A stretch of 64,000 nucleotides of DNA from Macrostomum hystrix (Eukaryota > Animalia > Platyhelminthes). The notes beneath the pieces were generated by a model that worked only from the letters and a program-made list of their open reading frames with translations, was not told where the DNA came from and ran no database searches. The position numbers and the translations under genes are program-made. Of the stretch, positions 25,410-38,207 are shown piece by piece; within the stretch, counting starts at the first letter, position 1; every line of letters begins with the position of its first letter. The stretch is taken from NCBI GenBank assembly GCA_950097015.1, contig CATNEN010000038.1, positions 23,374,001-23,438,000 on the forward strand, read 5' to 3'.

Positions 25410-26737
25410 ATGATTCACTGCAGTTCTCACCATTTACTGTGTCTGATTCTCACCATTCACTGCAGTTCTCACCATTTACTGTGTCTGATTCTCACCATTC
25501 ACTGCAGTTCTCACCATTTACTGTGTCTGATTCTCACCATTCACTGCAGTTCTCACCATTTACTGTGTCTGATTCTCACCATTCACTGCAGTTCTCACCA
25601 TTCACTGCAGTTCTCACCATTTACTGTGTCTGATTCTCACCATTCACTGCAGTTCTCACCATTCACTGCAGTTCTCACCATTTACTGTGTCTGATTCTCA
25701 CCATTCACTGCAGTTCTCACCATTTACTGTGTCTGATTCTCACCATTCACTGTGTCTGATTCTCACCATTCACTGCAGTTCTCACCATTTACTGTGTCTG
25801 ATTCTCACCATTCACTGCAGTTCTCACCATTTACTGTGTCTGATTCTCACCATTCACTGTGTCTGATTCTCACCATTCACTGCAGTTCTCACCATTTACT
25901 GTGTCTGATTCTCACCATTCACTGCAGTTCTCACCATTTACTGTGTCTGATTCTCACCATTCACTGCAGTTCTCACCATTCACTGTGTCTGATTCTCACG
26001 ATTCACTGCAGTTCTCACCATTTACTGTGTCTGATTCTCACCATTCACTGCAGTTCTCACGATTCACTGTGATTGATTCTCACGATTCACTGTGATTGAT
26101 ACTCACGATCCACTGTGACTGATTCTCACGATTCACTGTGATTGATTCTCACGATTCACTGTGATTGATACTCACGATCCACTGTGACTGATTCTCACGA
26201 TCCACTGTGACTGATTCTCACGATTCACTGTGACTGATTCTCACGATTCACTGTGACTGATACTCACGATTCACTGTGACTGATTCTCACGGTTCACTGT
26301 GACTGATTCTCACGATTCACTGTGACTGATTCTCACGATTCACTGTGACTGATTCTCACGATTCACTGTGACTGATTCTCACGATTCACTGTGACTGATT
26401 CTCACGATCCACTGTGACTGATTCTCACGATCCACTGTGACTGATTCTCACGATCCACTGTGACTGATTCTCACGATTCACTGTGATTGATACTCACGAT
26501 TCACTGTGACTGATTCTCACGATTCACTGTGACTGATTCTCACGATTCACTGTGACTGATTCTCACGATTCACTGTGACTGATTCTCACGATTCACTGTG
26601 ACTGATTCTCACGATTCACTGTGACTGATTCTCACGATTCACTGTGACTGATACTCACCATTCACTGTGACTGATTCTCACGATTCACTGTGACTGATAC
26701 TCACGATTCACTGTGACTGATTCTCACGATTCACTGT
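25410..26737. repeat. Composite minisatellite: 19+23-bp (42-bp) dimer array grading into a 23-bp array TTCTCACGATTCACTGTGACTGA
   Basis: Read directly; the switch occurs near 26060. Confidence 0.96.
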
Positions 26738-27134
26738 TATCACTAACTAACTTCAAAAAAGCCTCTAACTCACAGCCCAATCTGTGCTGTGTTTCCAATA
26801 AAATTTCGATATGACTCACTGCCTAGCTGAAACAAATTTCTGTGTTTCGTGGAAATCGGTCACTGCGTGCCGCCGCGGCAAGTGGAGCGCATTGCTACTC
26901 GGATAAAATATCTGCGTGACAATATTGCCCTGTGAAACTTGATTATGGTATAAATTACAATTAAATATAACAAACTAGGAACATAATTAGTGAAAAAACG
27001 CGAGATTGAGAAAGAACAAATTATTTAAAGTTGACTGATCTCGAGCGACAAATCTGTTTATAATTATGCTGGAGGTGAGAGACTGGGCTGCATGATTGGA
27101 AGACAGAGGGAAAATGACAGTGACGATAGAAGGA

Positions 27135-27722
27135 TCAAAGACTGAATGACTGGGTTGGCAAAGACTGAATGACTGGGATGACAAAGACTGAATGACTGGG
27201 ATGACAAAGACTGAATGACTGGGTTGACAAAGACTGAATGACTGGGATGACAAAGACTGAATGACTGGGATGACAAATACTGAATGACTGGGTTGACAAA
27301 GACTGAATGACTGGGATGACAAATACTGAATGACTGGGATGACAAATACTGAATGACTGGGATGTGACCAAAGACTGAATGACTGGGATATGATCAAAGA
27401 CTGAATGACTGTGGAATGACCAGATGCAGAATGACTGTGGAATGACCAAAGACTGAATGACAGTGGAATGAACAAAGACTGAATGACAAGGATATGACAA
27501 AAACTGAATAGCTGGGATATGAACAAAGACAGAATGACTGGGATATGAACAAAGACAGAATGACTGGGATATGAACAAAGACAGAATGACTGGGATATGA
27601 ACAAAGACAGAATGACTGGGATATGAACAAAGACTGAATGACTGGGATATAACCAAAGACTGAATGACTGGGATATAACCAAAGACTGAATGACTGGAGT
27701 ATGACCAACGACAGAATGACGT
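27135..27722. repeat. Minisatellite, 23-bp AAAGACTGAATGACTGGGATGAC grading to a 28-bp variant
   Basis: Read directly. Confidence 0.94.
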
Positions 27723-28254
27723 GAAAATGACCAAAAAGCAATCGATTGAAAATTAAGACAATAGACATCACAGATGTTTAACAAGTTAAAAGCCGCACCA
27801 GAATTCGCCCGCAACAATTGTGATTTATTGCTTCCTGTCAAATAGAATTCACAAAGTGACTTGCGCATAAGAATATTCTGTGCGTTAGGAGACCCGGAAA
27901 TTGTCGCTAGGTTGATTACATAATCTGTACAGAACCAGTCGGTTGTAAACCATAGCTAAGCGGTGCCGCATAAATTTGGTAATAAATTATGCGGGCCTTA
28001 ACTCTGTGCGACATCTGTCTCTAGGGGGGTGGGCGGGCGCCGAGCAGTTCAAAAGTGGGCTTCTTCGATTTCTGTCACACGCCAAAATATTTGGTCGCAT
28101 GTGTTTGTGTGTGTGCTCATTCAAAACTGATAAATTGGCTAGTCAGTTAAATATCGGTTTGCAATTTCGCGTTTAACTTGTTTCGTGCTTAACAACATCA
28201 ATAAAAATTTGAAATTTATGCTCGCAACCCTGCTGTATCAATCGATCAGCTGAA

Positions 28255-29460
28255 TTCCCCTCTCTGTCTAACATCCCTGTCAAACCTCTTCCTCCGTCTA
28301 TCCTCTCCCCTTGTCTACCCTCTTCTCCTGTCTACCCTCTCCCCCTGTCTACCCTCTCCCCCTGTCTACCCTCTCCCCCTGTCTACCCTCTCCCCTTGTC
28401 TACCTTCCCTCCCTGTCTACCTCTCTCCCTGTCTACCTCTCTCCCAGTCTGCCTCTCTCCCTGTCTACCTCTCTCCCTGTCTACCTCTCTCCCTGTCTAC
28501 CTCTCTCCCTGTCTACCTCTCTCCCTGTCTACCTCTCTCCCTGTCTACCTCTCTCCCTGTCTACCTCTCTCCCTGTCTACCTCTCTCCCTGTCTACCTCT
28601 CTCCCTATCTACCTCTCTCTCTATCTACCTCTCTCCCTGTCTACCTCTCTCCCTATCTACCTCTCTCCCTATCTACCTCTCTCTCTATCTACCTCTCTCC
28701 CTGTCTACCTCTCTCCCTGTCTACCTCACTCCCTGTCTACCTCTCTCCCCCTGTCTACCTCTCTCCCTGTCTACCTCTCTCCCTGTCTACCTTCCCTCCC
28801 TGTCTACCTCTCTCCCTGTCTACCTCTCTCCCTGTCTACCTCTCTCCCTGTCTACCTCTCTCCCTGTCTACCTCTCTCCCTGTCTACCTCTCTCCCTGTC
28901 TACCTCTCTCCCTGTCTACCTCTCTCCCTGTCTACCTCTCTCCCTATCTACCTCTCTCTCTATCTACCTCTCTCCCTGTCTACCTCTCTCCCTATCTACC
29001 TCTCTCCCTATCTACCTCTCTCTCTATCTACCTCTCTCCCTGTCTACCTCTCTCCCTGTCTACCTCACTCCCTGTCTACCTCTCTCCCCCTGTCTACCTC
29101 TCTCCCTGTCTACCTCTCTCCCTGTCTACCTCTCTCCCAGTCTGCCTCTCTCCCTGTCTACCTCTCTCCCTGTCTACCTCTCTCCCTGTCTACCTCTCTC
29201 CCTGTCTACCTCTCTCCCTGTCTACCTCTCTCCCTGTCTACCTCTCTCCCTATCTACCTCTCTCTCTATCTACCTCTCTCCCTGTCTACCTCTCTCCCTA
29301 TCTACCTCTCTCCCTATCTACCTCTCTCTCTATCTACCTCTCTCCCTGTCTACCTCTCTCCCTGTCTACCTCTCTCCCTATCTACCTCTCTCTCTATCTA
29401 CCTCTCTCCCTATCTACCTCTCTCCCTATCTACCTCTCACCCTGTCTACCTCTCTCCCTG
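28255..29460. repeat. Minisatellite, 16-bp unit CTCTCTCCCT(G/A)TCTAC
   Basis: Read directly. The reverse complement resembles the GAGAGATGAGACAGG family. Confidence 0.97.
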
Positions 29461-30019
29461 AATAAACAAAAATTAACTCTAATGCAGTAAAATATAATGC
29501 AGTACCCGAACCCAACCAGAACTAGCAATCACTATTTGCAAACGAAATCGAGGAAATAAAGATTGCTAGATCTGCTTCTGTTTCAGGTTCAGTAGCCAAA
29601 TGAGGCCGATATATAAGAGTAATATGTATAGGTGTGAGCATAGTGAGGGGTTCTTGAGAATTCTCTACTCCAAGTGCCAAAACTATGAAGCCGTTTCAAC
29701 TTTTTAAGAGCCACCTACTCACTAGCTACTCACTCTCCAACCGGGTGGGTTGAAGCTATATAGGAACTCACTTTGAAATTGGCGCACTCACAAGTAGCCG
29801 ACCAAAAACCCTTGCCAACTTCCACTTTCGCTTTTCACGATCCTCTCGCGCGTTCAGATTCCTTTACAATCTCCCACTCACACTCTGTTCCCCCCCGATT
29901 CCTCCCAACCACCATTAGGCGACTGAATAACAACATGAGCTCTGCCTATACCCTGCACTAGAGGGAACCAATGAGAGTTGGTGTTGAGTAGTGTGTGAGG
30001 AGAGAGTGGGAAATCGATG

Positions 30020-30049
30020 ACATCAAAGACCGCCGCCGCCGCTGCCGCC
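30020..30049. promoter_or_regulatory. Candidate Wnt-response element: TCF/LEF HMG site plus adjacent GCCGCC Helper-like sites
   Basis: ACATCAAAG (= CTTTGATGT) directly followed by ACCGCCGCCGCCGCTGCCGCC, about 5.5 kb upstream of the nkd model. Motif match only. Confidence 0.35.
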
Positions 30050-30334
30050 TTTCGCAATCGATAGAAACAAGAATGGAAAAAGTGGAATTAGAAGAAGAAG
30101 AGGATCGCTATGCGGCCAGGTGGAAACCCAAGAAACAGTGCTCAGTCAGGCCGCTGAGCAAATATGAGTCGATTATGAGGAGGATGAGGTGGGGCGAAAA
30201 TAGTAGTGAAGGAGCCGCGACCAATGAGTCTAATTATTCGCTGAAAAAATCCCTTATTCAAATATTTTCCCCTTTTGAGGCAGAGACGGTGCAAAGCATA
30301 GACAATGAGATGCTCAAGGATTACCATTATATTC

Positions 30335-30790
30335 GTGGGATTTCACAATTCATGGGATTTCATAATTCTTGTGAGTTCATATTTCTTGGGAGTTCATATT
30401 TCTTGGGATTTCAAAGTTCTTGCGATTTCATAATTCTTGGGAGCTCATATTTCTTGGGATTTCATAATTCTTGGGAGTTCATATTTCTTGGGATTTCATA
30501 ATTCTTGGGATTTCATATTTCTTGGGATTTCATAATTCTTGGGATTTCATAATTCTTGGGATTTCATAATTCTTGGGATTTCATAATTCTTGGGAGTTTA
30601 TATTTCTTGGGATTTCATAATTCTTGGGATTTCATATTTCTTGCGATTTCAAATTTCTTGGGATTTCATAATTCTTGGGATTTCATAATTCTTGGGATTT
30701 CATAATTCTTGGGATTTCATAATTCTTGGGATTTCTTATTTCTTGCGATTTCATAATTCTTCTGATTTCACATTCTATGGGATTTCATAG
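30335..30790. repeat. Minisatellite, 17-bp unit GGGATTTCATAATTCTT
   Basis: Read directly. Confidence 0.95.
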
Positions 30791-31261
30791 CTTTGCAAAT
30801 AAAATTTCTCAGGACTTAAACTCGCCCATAATGATAAAGACCCTAGGCGCATAAAATTCAATAGATGCGAAGAAACAAAGATGTGGCATCCATTTTTTGT
30901 AGTCAACGATATCTCACAAAAGATTTTGGGATTTTCAGCAACCAGTTTAGAACCATTAGCCGGTATTGTTTGACAAGCCATTAAAAATTTCCTGCAATAA
31001 ATTCCAATAGTCGGTGCTTCTATATTTGAAATTTAAAACAAAAAATCTGCATTTTTGTCACTGGTTGCTTTGTTTTAATGAATCAATGTTAAGGTCTGTT
31101 GGCTTTTAAAATGAGTAGAAAAATACTAAATATACTACTGTTAAACTAAGTACCAGTACTAATCGACGAAACTGGATAGCATCATTCAAAATAATTTTTG
31201 TTTTGCATATAAACTCTAGTCCGTGTTTAGCACAGTTTAGTAAATACAAAATACAGTTTAG

Positions 31262-31888
31262 AACACCTACTCAGAACATAATTACCTACTCAGAACATAA
31301 TAACCTACTCAGAACATAATAACCTACTCAGAACATAATAACCTACTCAGAACATAACCTACTCAGAACATAATAACCTACTCAGAACATAATAACCTAC
31401 ACAGAACATAATAACCTACTCAGAACATAATAACCTACTCAGAAAAGAATTACCTACTCAGAACATAATAACCTACTCAGAACATAATAACCTACTCAGA
31501 ACATAATAACCTACTCAGAAAATAATTACCTACTCAGAACATAATAACCTACTCAGAACATAATAACCTACTCAGAAAATAATTACCTACTCAGAACATA
31601 ATAACCTACTCAGAACATAATAACCTACACAGAACATAATAACCTACTCAGAACATAATAACCTACTCAGAAAAGAATTACCTACTCAGAACATAATAAC
31701 CTACTCAGAACATAATAACCTACTCAGAACATAATAACCTACTCAGAAAATAATTACCTACTCAGAACATAATAACCTACTCAGAACATAATAACCTACT
31801 CAGAAAATAATTACCTACTCAGAACATAATAACCTTCTCAGAACATAATAACCTACTCAGAAAATAATTACCTACTCAGAACATAATT
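31262..31888. repeat. Minisatellite, 19-bp unit AACCTACTCAGAACATAAT
   Basis: Read directly. Confidence 0.96.
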
Positions 31889-31909
31889 CTGACATTGTGT
31901 GTGTCACGA

Positions 31910-34072
31910 AACTCAGACAACCTACCAAGAAACACGTACAACCTACCCAGAAACACACAAAACCTACCGAGAAACACACACAACCTACCCAGAAACACAC
32001 ACAACCTACCCAGAAACACGGACAACCTACCCAGAAACACACACAACCTACCCAGAAACACACACAACCTACCCAGAAACACGCACAACCTACCGAGAAA
32101 CACACACAACCTACCCAGAAACACGCACAACCTACCGAGAAACACACACAACCTACCCAGAAACAAACACAACCTACCCAGAAACACGGACAACCTACCT
32201 AGAAACACGCACAACCTACCCAGAAACAGAGACAACCTACCTAGAAACACGCACAACCTACCCAGAAACACAGACAACCTACCTAGAAACACGCACAACC
32301 TACCGAGAAACACACACAACCTACCCAGAAACACACACAACCTACCCAGAAACACACACAACCTACCCAGAAACACGCACAACCTACCGAGAAACACACA
32401 AAACCTACCTAGAAACACGCACAACCTACCCAGAAACACACACAACCTACCCAGAAACACACACAACCTACCCAGAAACACGCACAACCTACCGAGAAAC
32501 ACACAAAACCTACCCAGAAACACGCACAACCTACCCAGAAACACGCACAACCTACCTAGAAACACACACAACCTACCCAGAAACGCACACAACCTACCCA
32601 GAAACACACACAACCTACCCAGAAACACCACAACCTACCCAGAAACACACACAACCTACCCAGAAACACACACAACCTACCCAGAAACGCACACAACCTA
32701 CTCAGAAACACACACAACCTACCCAGAAACACACACAACCTACCAAGAAACACACACAACCTACCCAGAAACGCACACAACCTACCCAGAAACACACACA
32801 ACCTACCCAGAAACACACACAACCTACCCAGAAACACACACAACCTACCCAGAAACACACACAACCTACCCAGAAACACACACAACCTACCCAGAAACAC
32901 ACACAACCTACCCAGAAACACATACAACCTACCCAGAAACACACACAACCTACCCAGAAACGCACACAACCTACCCAGAAACACACACAACCTACCCAGA
33001 AACACACACAACCTACCCAGAAACACACACAACCTACCCAGAAACACGCACAACCTACCGAGAAACACACAAAACCTACCTAGAAACACGCACAACCTAC
33101 CCAGAAACACACACAACCTACCCAGAAACACACACAACCTACCCAGAAACACGGACAACCTACCTAGAAACACGCACAACCTACCCAGAAACACACACAA
33201 CCTACCCAGAAACACACACAACCTACCCAGAAACACGGACAACCTACCTAGAAACACGCACAACCTACCCAGAAACACAGAAAACCTACCTAGAAACACG
33301 CAAAACCTACCGAAAAACACACACAACCTACCCAGAAACACACACAACCTACCCAGAAACACACACAACCTACCCAGAAACACGCACAACCTACCGAGAA
33401 ACACACAAAACCTACCTAGAAACACGCACAACCTACCCAGAAACACACACAACCTACCCAGAAACACACACAACCTACCCAGAAACACGCACAACCTACC
33501 GAGAAACACACAAAACCTACCCAGAAACACGCACAACCTACCCAGAAACACGCACAACCTACCTAGAAACACACACAACCTACCCAGAAACGCACACAAC
33601 CTACCCAGAAACGCACACAACCTACCCAGAAACACACACAACCTACCCAGAAACACACACAACCTACCAAGAAACACACACAACCTACCCAGAAACACAC
33701 ACAACCTACCCAGAAACACACACAACCTACCCAGAAACACACACAACCTACCCAGAAACACGCACAACCTACCGAGAAACACACAAAACCTACCCAGAAA
33801 CACGCACAACCTACCCAGAAACACGCACAACCTACCTAGAAACACACACAACCTACCCAGAAACGCACACAACCTACCCAGAAACGCACACAACCTACCC
33901 AGAAACACACACAACCTACCCAGAAACACACACAACCTGCCCAGAAACACACACAACCTACCAAGAAACACACACAACCTTTCCAGAAACACACACAACC
34001 TACCCAGAAACACACACAACCTACCCAGAAACACACACAACCTACCCAGAAACACACACAACCTACCAAGAA
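31910..34072. repeat. Minisatellite, 21-bp unit AACCTACCCAGAAACACACAC
   Basis: About 100 copies; explains the NLPRNTH/TTYPETH/LGRLCVF ORFs. Confidence 0.98.
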
Positions 34073-34704
34073 AAAAGAAAAACATAGCAATTCCTAGAAT
34101 CTAGTTCTGTTTTAAACCCCATAGCAACCAACAAAGCAAAGTATAAAGAACTTATTCGCAGTTGCTGAAACCCTACTATAATGCTGTTGAAAAAATAGCC
34201 TAACGGGTTTTCAAAGCTTGCTAATTAGGAGTAGATTAAAAATAGGTACTCAAAAGGGCCTCACTCCGCCCATTGTGTCAGTCATGCGTATGCTGCATGC
34301 TACTGTGCTCAGCCAGTGAGTATATGCTCACAATACGAGCTCGTATGCTATAGCAGTTAAATGGCAGGTTAGTTAACATGGAATCAGGCAGATGCTGTGA
34401 TAGAAGATTTATTAGGGAGGTAGTCATTGTCTTTTAGCCAGATGTTTAGTACCTACGAGTAGTATGGTATTAAATTTACTGCCTAGCAAATATATCGATG
34501 ACTAAAAATGTCTCATAATTTGCAGCTGGCTGACTATTTTTGAGTACCAGTGAATAATTGCCGCTCTAATGTATCCCAGCTTTAAATCTCACTGCTCAGC
34601 TGGGGATGTAGATGCTAATTATTGCGCACAGAACAGAGGAGAGAGAGCTAGTAGGAGAATGACAAGTTCGGAGATAATGGCAAAACATGTTGGAGAGTGA
34701 ATAT

Positions 34705-35410
34705 AAGAGAGGAGAGTGGAGAGAGGAGTGGAGAGAGGAGAGAGGAGAGAGGAGAGAGGAGAGAGGAGAGAGGAGAGAGGAAAGAGGAGAGAGGAGAGGA
34801 GATAGGAGAGAGGAGAGAGGAGAGAGGAGAGAGGAGAGAGGAGAGAGGAGAGAGGAGAAAGGAGAGAGGAGAGGGGAGAGGAGAGAGGAGATAGGAGAGA
34901 GGAGAGGAGAGAGGAGATAGGAGAGAGGAGAGAGGAGAGGAGAGAAGAGAGAGGAGAGGAGAGAGGAGAGAGGAGAGAGGAGAAAGGAGAGAGGAGAGGG
35001 GAGAGGAGATGGGAGAGAGGAGAGGAGAGAGGAGAGAGGAGAGAGGAGATAGGAGAGAGGAGAGAGGAGAGAGGAGTGGAGAGAGGAGAGAGGAGAGAGG
35101 AGAGGAGAGAGGAGAGAGGAGAGAGGAGAGAGGAGAGAGGAGAGAGGAGAGAGGAGAGAGGAGAGGAGAGAGGAGACAGGAGACAGGAGAGAGGAGAGAG
35201 GAGAGGAGAGAAGAGGGGAGAGGAGAGGAGAGAGGAGAGAGGAGTGGAGAGAGGAGAGAGGAGACAGGATAGAGGAGAGAGGAGTGGAGAGAGGAGAGAG
35301 GAGAGGAGAGAAGAGGGGAGAGGAGAGGAGAGAGGAGAGAGGAGATAGAAGAGAGGAGAGTGGAGTGGAGAGAGGAGAGAGGAGAGGAGAGAAGAGGGGA
35401 GAGAAGAGGG
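34705..35410. repeat. Polypurine microsatellite (GGAGAGA/GGAGA)n
   Basis: Read directly; abuts the SINE tail at 35417. Confidence 0.96.
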
Positions 35411-35416
35411 TAGATG

Positions 35417-35733
35417 AGTAATAGTAATAATGATATTAGCAGGAGGGCTGCGGGCAATGGCACATCATTTGGTGACACTAGACCCGCAGCCAGCGAGGAG
35501 GCAATTCTGCCCATTCCGCTGACTCCTGAGCGCACATGCACACAGATACTGTATACGCAGGCACACACTCACACAGGTGTGTACATCTGCCCTGACTTTC
35601 TCATCGTCAGGCAGTGTACACTCTCATTGCGCCTTGGAGGTTGGCCCTCAATAGCGTAATGGCACCACAAGCACCCAAGCCTTCTCTCCGCGGCTGCGCC
35701 CCAAATAAATGTGGCCTCGCCGCGGAATCGAAC
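35417..35733 (-). mobile_element. tRNA-derived SINE family A, copy 3 (5'-truncated at the B box)
   Basis: Sense strand begins GTTCGATTCCGCGG. Same core and hairpin as the 23.7-kb copy; ends TTGCCCGCAGCCCTCCTGC followed by an (ATT/ACT)n tail. Confidence 0.8.
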
Positions 35734-36454
35734 TTAAGGACTTAAGGCAAATGTGTTAATCGCTGTGCCAAAGACCCCGAGGAGAGATGGAGAGGAGAGA
35801 GATGAGAGGGGAGAGGGGGAGGAGAGAGGGGAGAGAGAGGGGAGAGTGAGAAGATTTCGCAGAAGAGAAGGCTTAGTTACGAATGCAGTTTTTCCACATT
35901 GATCTCCAAGCATGTCTTCTCGGTCGCTAAGGGCCAAAACATTCTCGTCTTTCACAGCAAGGCATGGCTGCAGGCCGCTATAATTAATTGTTTGTCTTTT
36001 TTTCTTCTCTCTATTTTTTGACGACCGGTTGATGCAGAAATTCATTGTCAGCAATTTATTTCTCAGTTAATCAAAAAAACACTTCTTTGTTTCTGTCGCG
36101 CACTTAGTAGGCTCAGCCCAATCTACCGGACCCCGTCCTATTCGCAATTGCAGCATCTAAGCCAAAAAACAATGCTCACAGCTATAGTCAGACAACTGTA
36201 GTACTATTGGCTGTTCCACCCGTGACACATCGGGTGGTCTATAACGTTTCATGCATGCAGCTCTGCTATTTTGCATTCACACTCAAAGAAACACTTGAGA
36301 ACATTAATACACTCACCCGAAATTCAGCTTATACTGCGCTCATGCAGGTATAACAAGCCAGCCTCAAGCTTCATAGTTGAGATCTTAAAGACAGACAGAC
36401 AGTGCAACTAACGGGCTGGATAAACCCACTGCAGTACCTTTACATACAGATCAA

Positions 36455-36591
36455 ATGGCTGCTGCTGCTGCTGCTGCAGGTATTCAGTTGCCAAATATAC
36501 CCCCTTGCCATGCGGTACATTTGGTGGATAGAACGAAAACTTTGACGTCTAGTCGAGACCGCTACAATGGACATCAGTTGATAACGACAAG
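36455..36591 (+). CDS. Orphan protein, coding exon 1 (MAAAAAAAGIQLPNIPP...)
   Basis: ATG 5 nt after acceptor TTTACATACAG|. Open frame to donor AAG|GTAACG (phase 2), which matches the next exon. Confidence 0.55.
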
Positions 36592-36784
36592 GTAACGGTT
36601 ATACTGTGTCTTTGTGACATTGTGTCTCTGTGACATTGTGACAGCGCCACTACCAATAGCACTCGTTGTGAGGAGATCCCGGAGCTCTTTTGCCTGCCGT
36701 GTCCAATAGCTTAGCAACAAACTCAGCATTCCAACAGTCAATGACAGTTTGATCAACTAACCTTTTTCCCGCTACCTCCGCAAG

Positions 36785-37325
36785 GACCTCAACGGCACAG
36801 GCTCCCAGTCTGGCGCAGGCAACTCAGCAAAATGGTGCACGAATCATTCGAAGCTACAGTCTGCACCGATGGTCCATTGCGCACCGGAATGGCAGCGGCG
36901 ACACAACCGGACAGTCGACAAGTCAGTGCGCAGTCCATCAACTCAACGTCGGAGACAAGGCGGCAACATCAAAGTCGAAGCAACACGGCATGCAACTCGA
37001 CCGAAGTCGATCTTCGGTAGCAACTGCTCAAGCCAGGAGGCACACGCTGACTCCTCGACAACAAAATCTTCCAAAAAAGCAGCAGCAGCAGCAGCAGCAG
37101 CAGACGCGGCAGTCAGCAGTGTCTCAAGGCAAACAACTGCCCTGCCTAGAGACTTTCATCGCTCGCAGCCTGACGCAGGTGCTGGAAAATCGACCGGCGT
37201 CTGGCTGGTCGGCCGAGAGGCACGCCAGCGCCGTGGAGAAGGTGTCAGGCTGGCTGAAGGAGGTCGGCCAGGCGAGGTGTCTCGACGACCTTCTGGCTGG
37301 TCAGCAGCTGGGCTGCGAAAGCTGA
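36785..37325 (+). CDS. Orphan protein, terminal exon (225-aa product in total, low complexity with a polyQ tract)
   Basis: Branch-like CTAAC, pyrimidine tract and CAAG| acceptor. Frame open for 180 codons (extends ORF 36990-37325). GC-rich island followed by an AT-rich 3' region. No recognisable domain. Confidence 0.6.
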
Positions 37326-38207
37326 CGAAACCGATGTAAAAAATGCAGTTTTCCCGTTCAAATACATATTTTTAGTTCAGAAAACTGAACGTAATTATCA
37401 TAGGTGGCAATTGCATGCGAACAAGCGTTAAAGCCTGCTTTCATTCCATGAAGATTAATCTAGCTAACTTGAAATGTCGTTAAGGTACTTCATGATGTTA
37501 AAGGGCCGCTTTTTACTTCCCGCACGTACTACTTACAGTAGCGTAAGTAAACAAAATAACAAGTGTCGTCCTTCATGATGACTTAATTAAGTAAAGTAAT
37601 TAACGAAATTTAGGTCTCAATCAACAAATATTCAGAGGAATAAAAATTATTCGGGCGAAATGTATCATTCATTTTTATCATGAAGAAATAAAGATGTATA
37701 TATTAATATATAAATTATATATATGGCCCTTTATTAATTCGAAACTTCAACTTAAAAGCCAAATAAATAATATCTTTGTTTCGCTTTTGAGTAAAAAGGA
37801 GTAACCAATGTTTAAATATATGCAATTAAAAAACTATGAACGCTATCAGCGTTTTTCTGCCCAGAACTGTCTAAAAGTGCAGAGAAAAGTAACAACAGTT
37901 AAAAAAATTATTTAAAAGACCAAACCTATAATCAATTAATATTGATTTGCTGATTGGATAAAACAAAGTTAACAAGTGAGAAGACAATCAACTAAAATCG
38001 TTAACACGAAGCTAATTTAGTGTACTTTTATATTAAGTTTGTCGTCCCAGTTAGAGTGGCTACTGTGTGAGTTGTCGGCCCAAGGTTCAATGTACCTGAC
38101 GTTCTTACTATGGCTTGGCGTAAATTGGACTAAACAGTTCAGGGAAGGATGTCTGAGCTCGGGTGAAGGATGAAACGCGTTAGACCCCTCTGCCACTCAG
38201 CCCCCGC

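Noticed and set aside
29995-30501. 168-aa ORF
   Set aside because: No recognisable domain and no convincing donor; its 3' third is the 17-bp satellite. Cannot be supported as coding.
31872-34090. NLPRNTH/TTYPETH repeat 'proteins'
   Set aside because: 21-bp satellite with a frameshift mid-array, open in several frames and on both strands.
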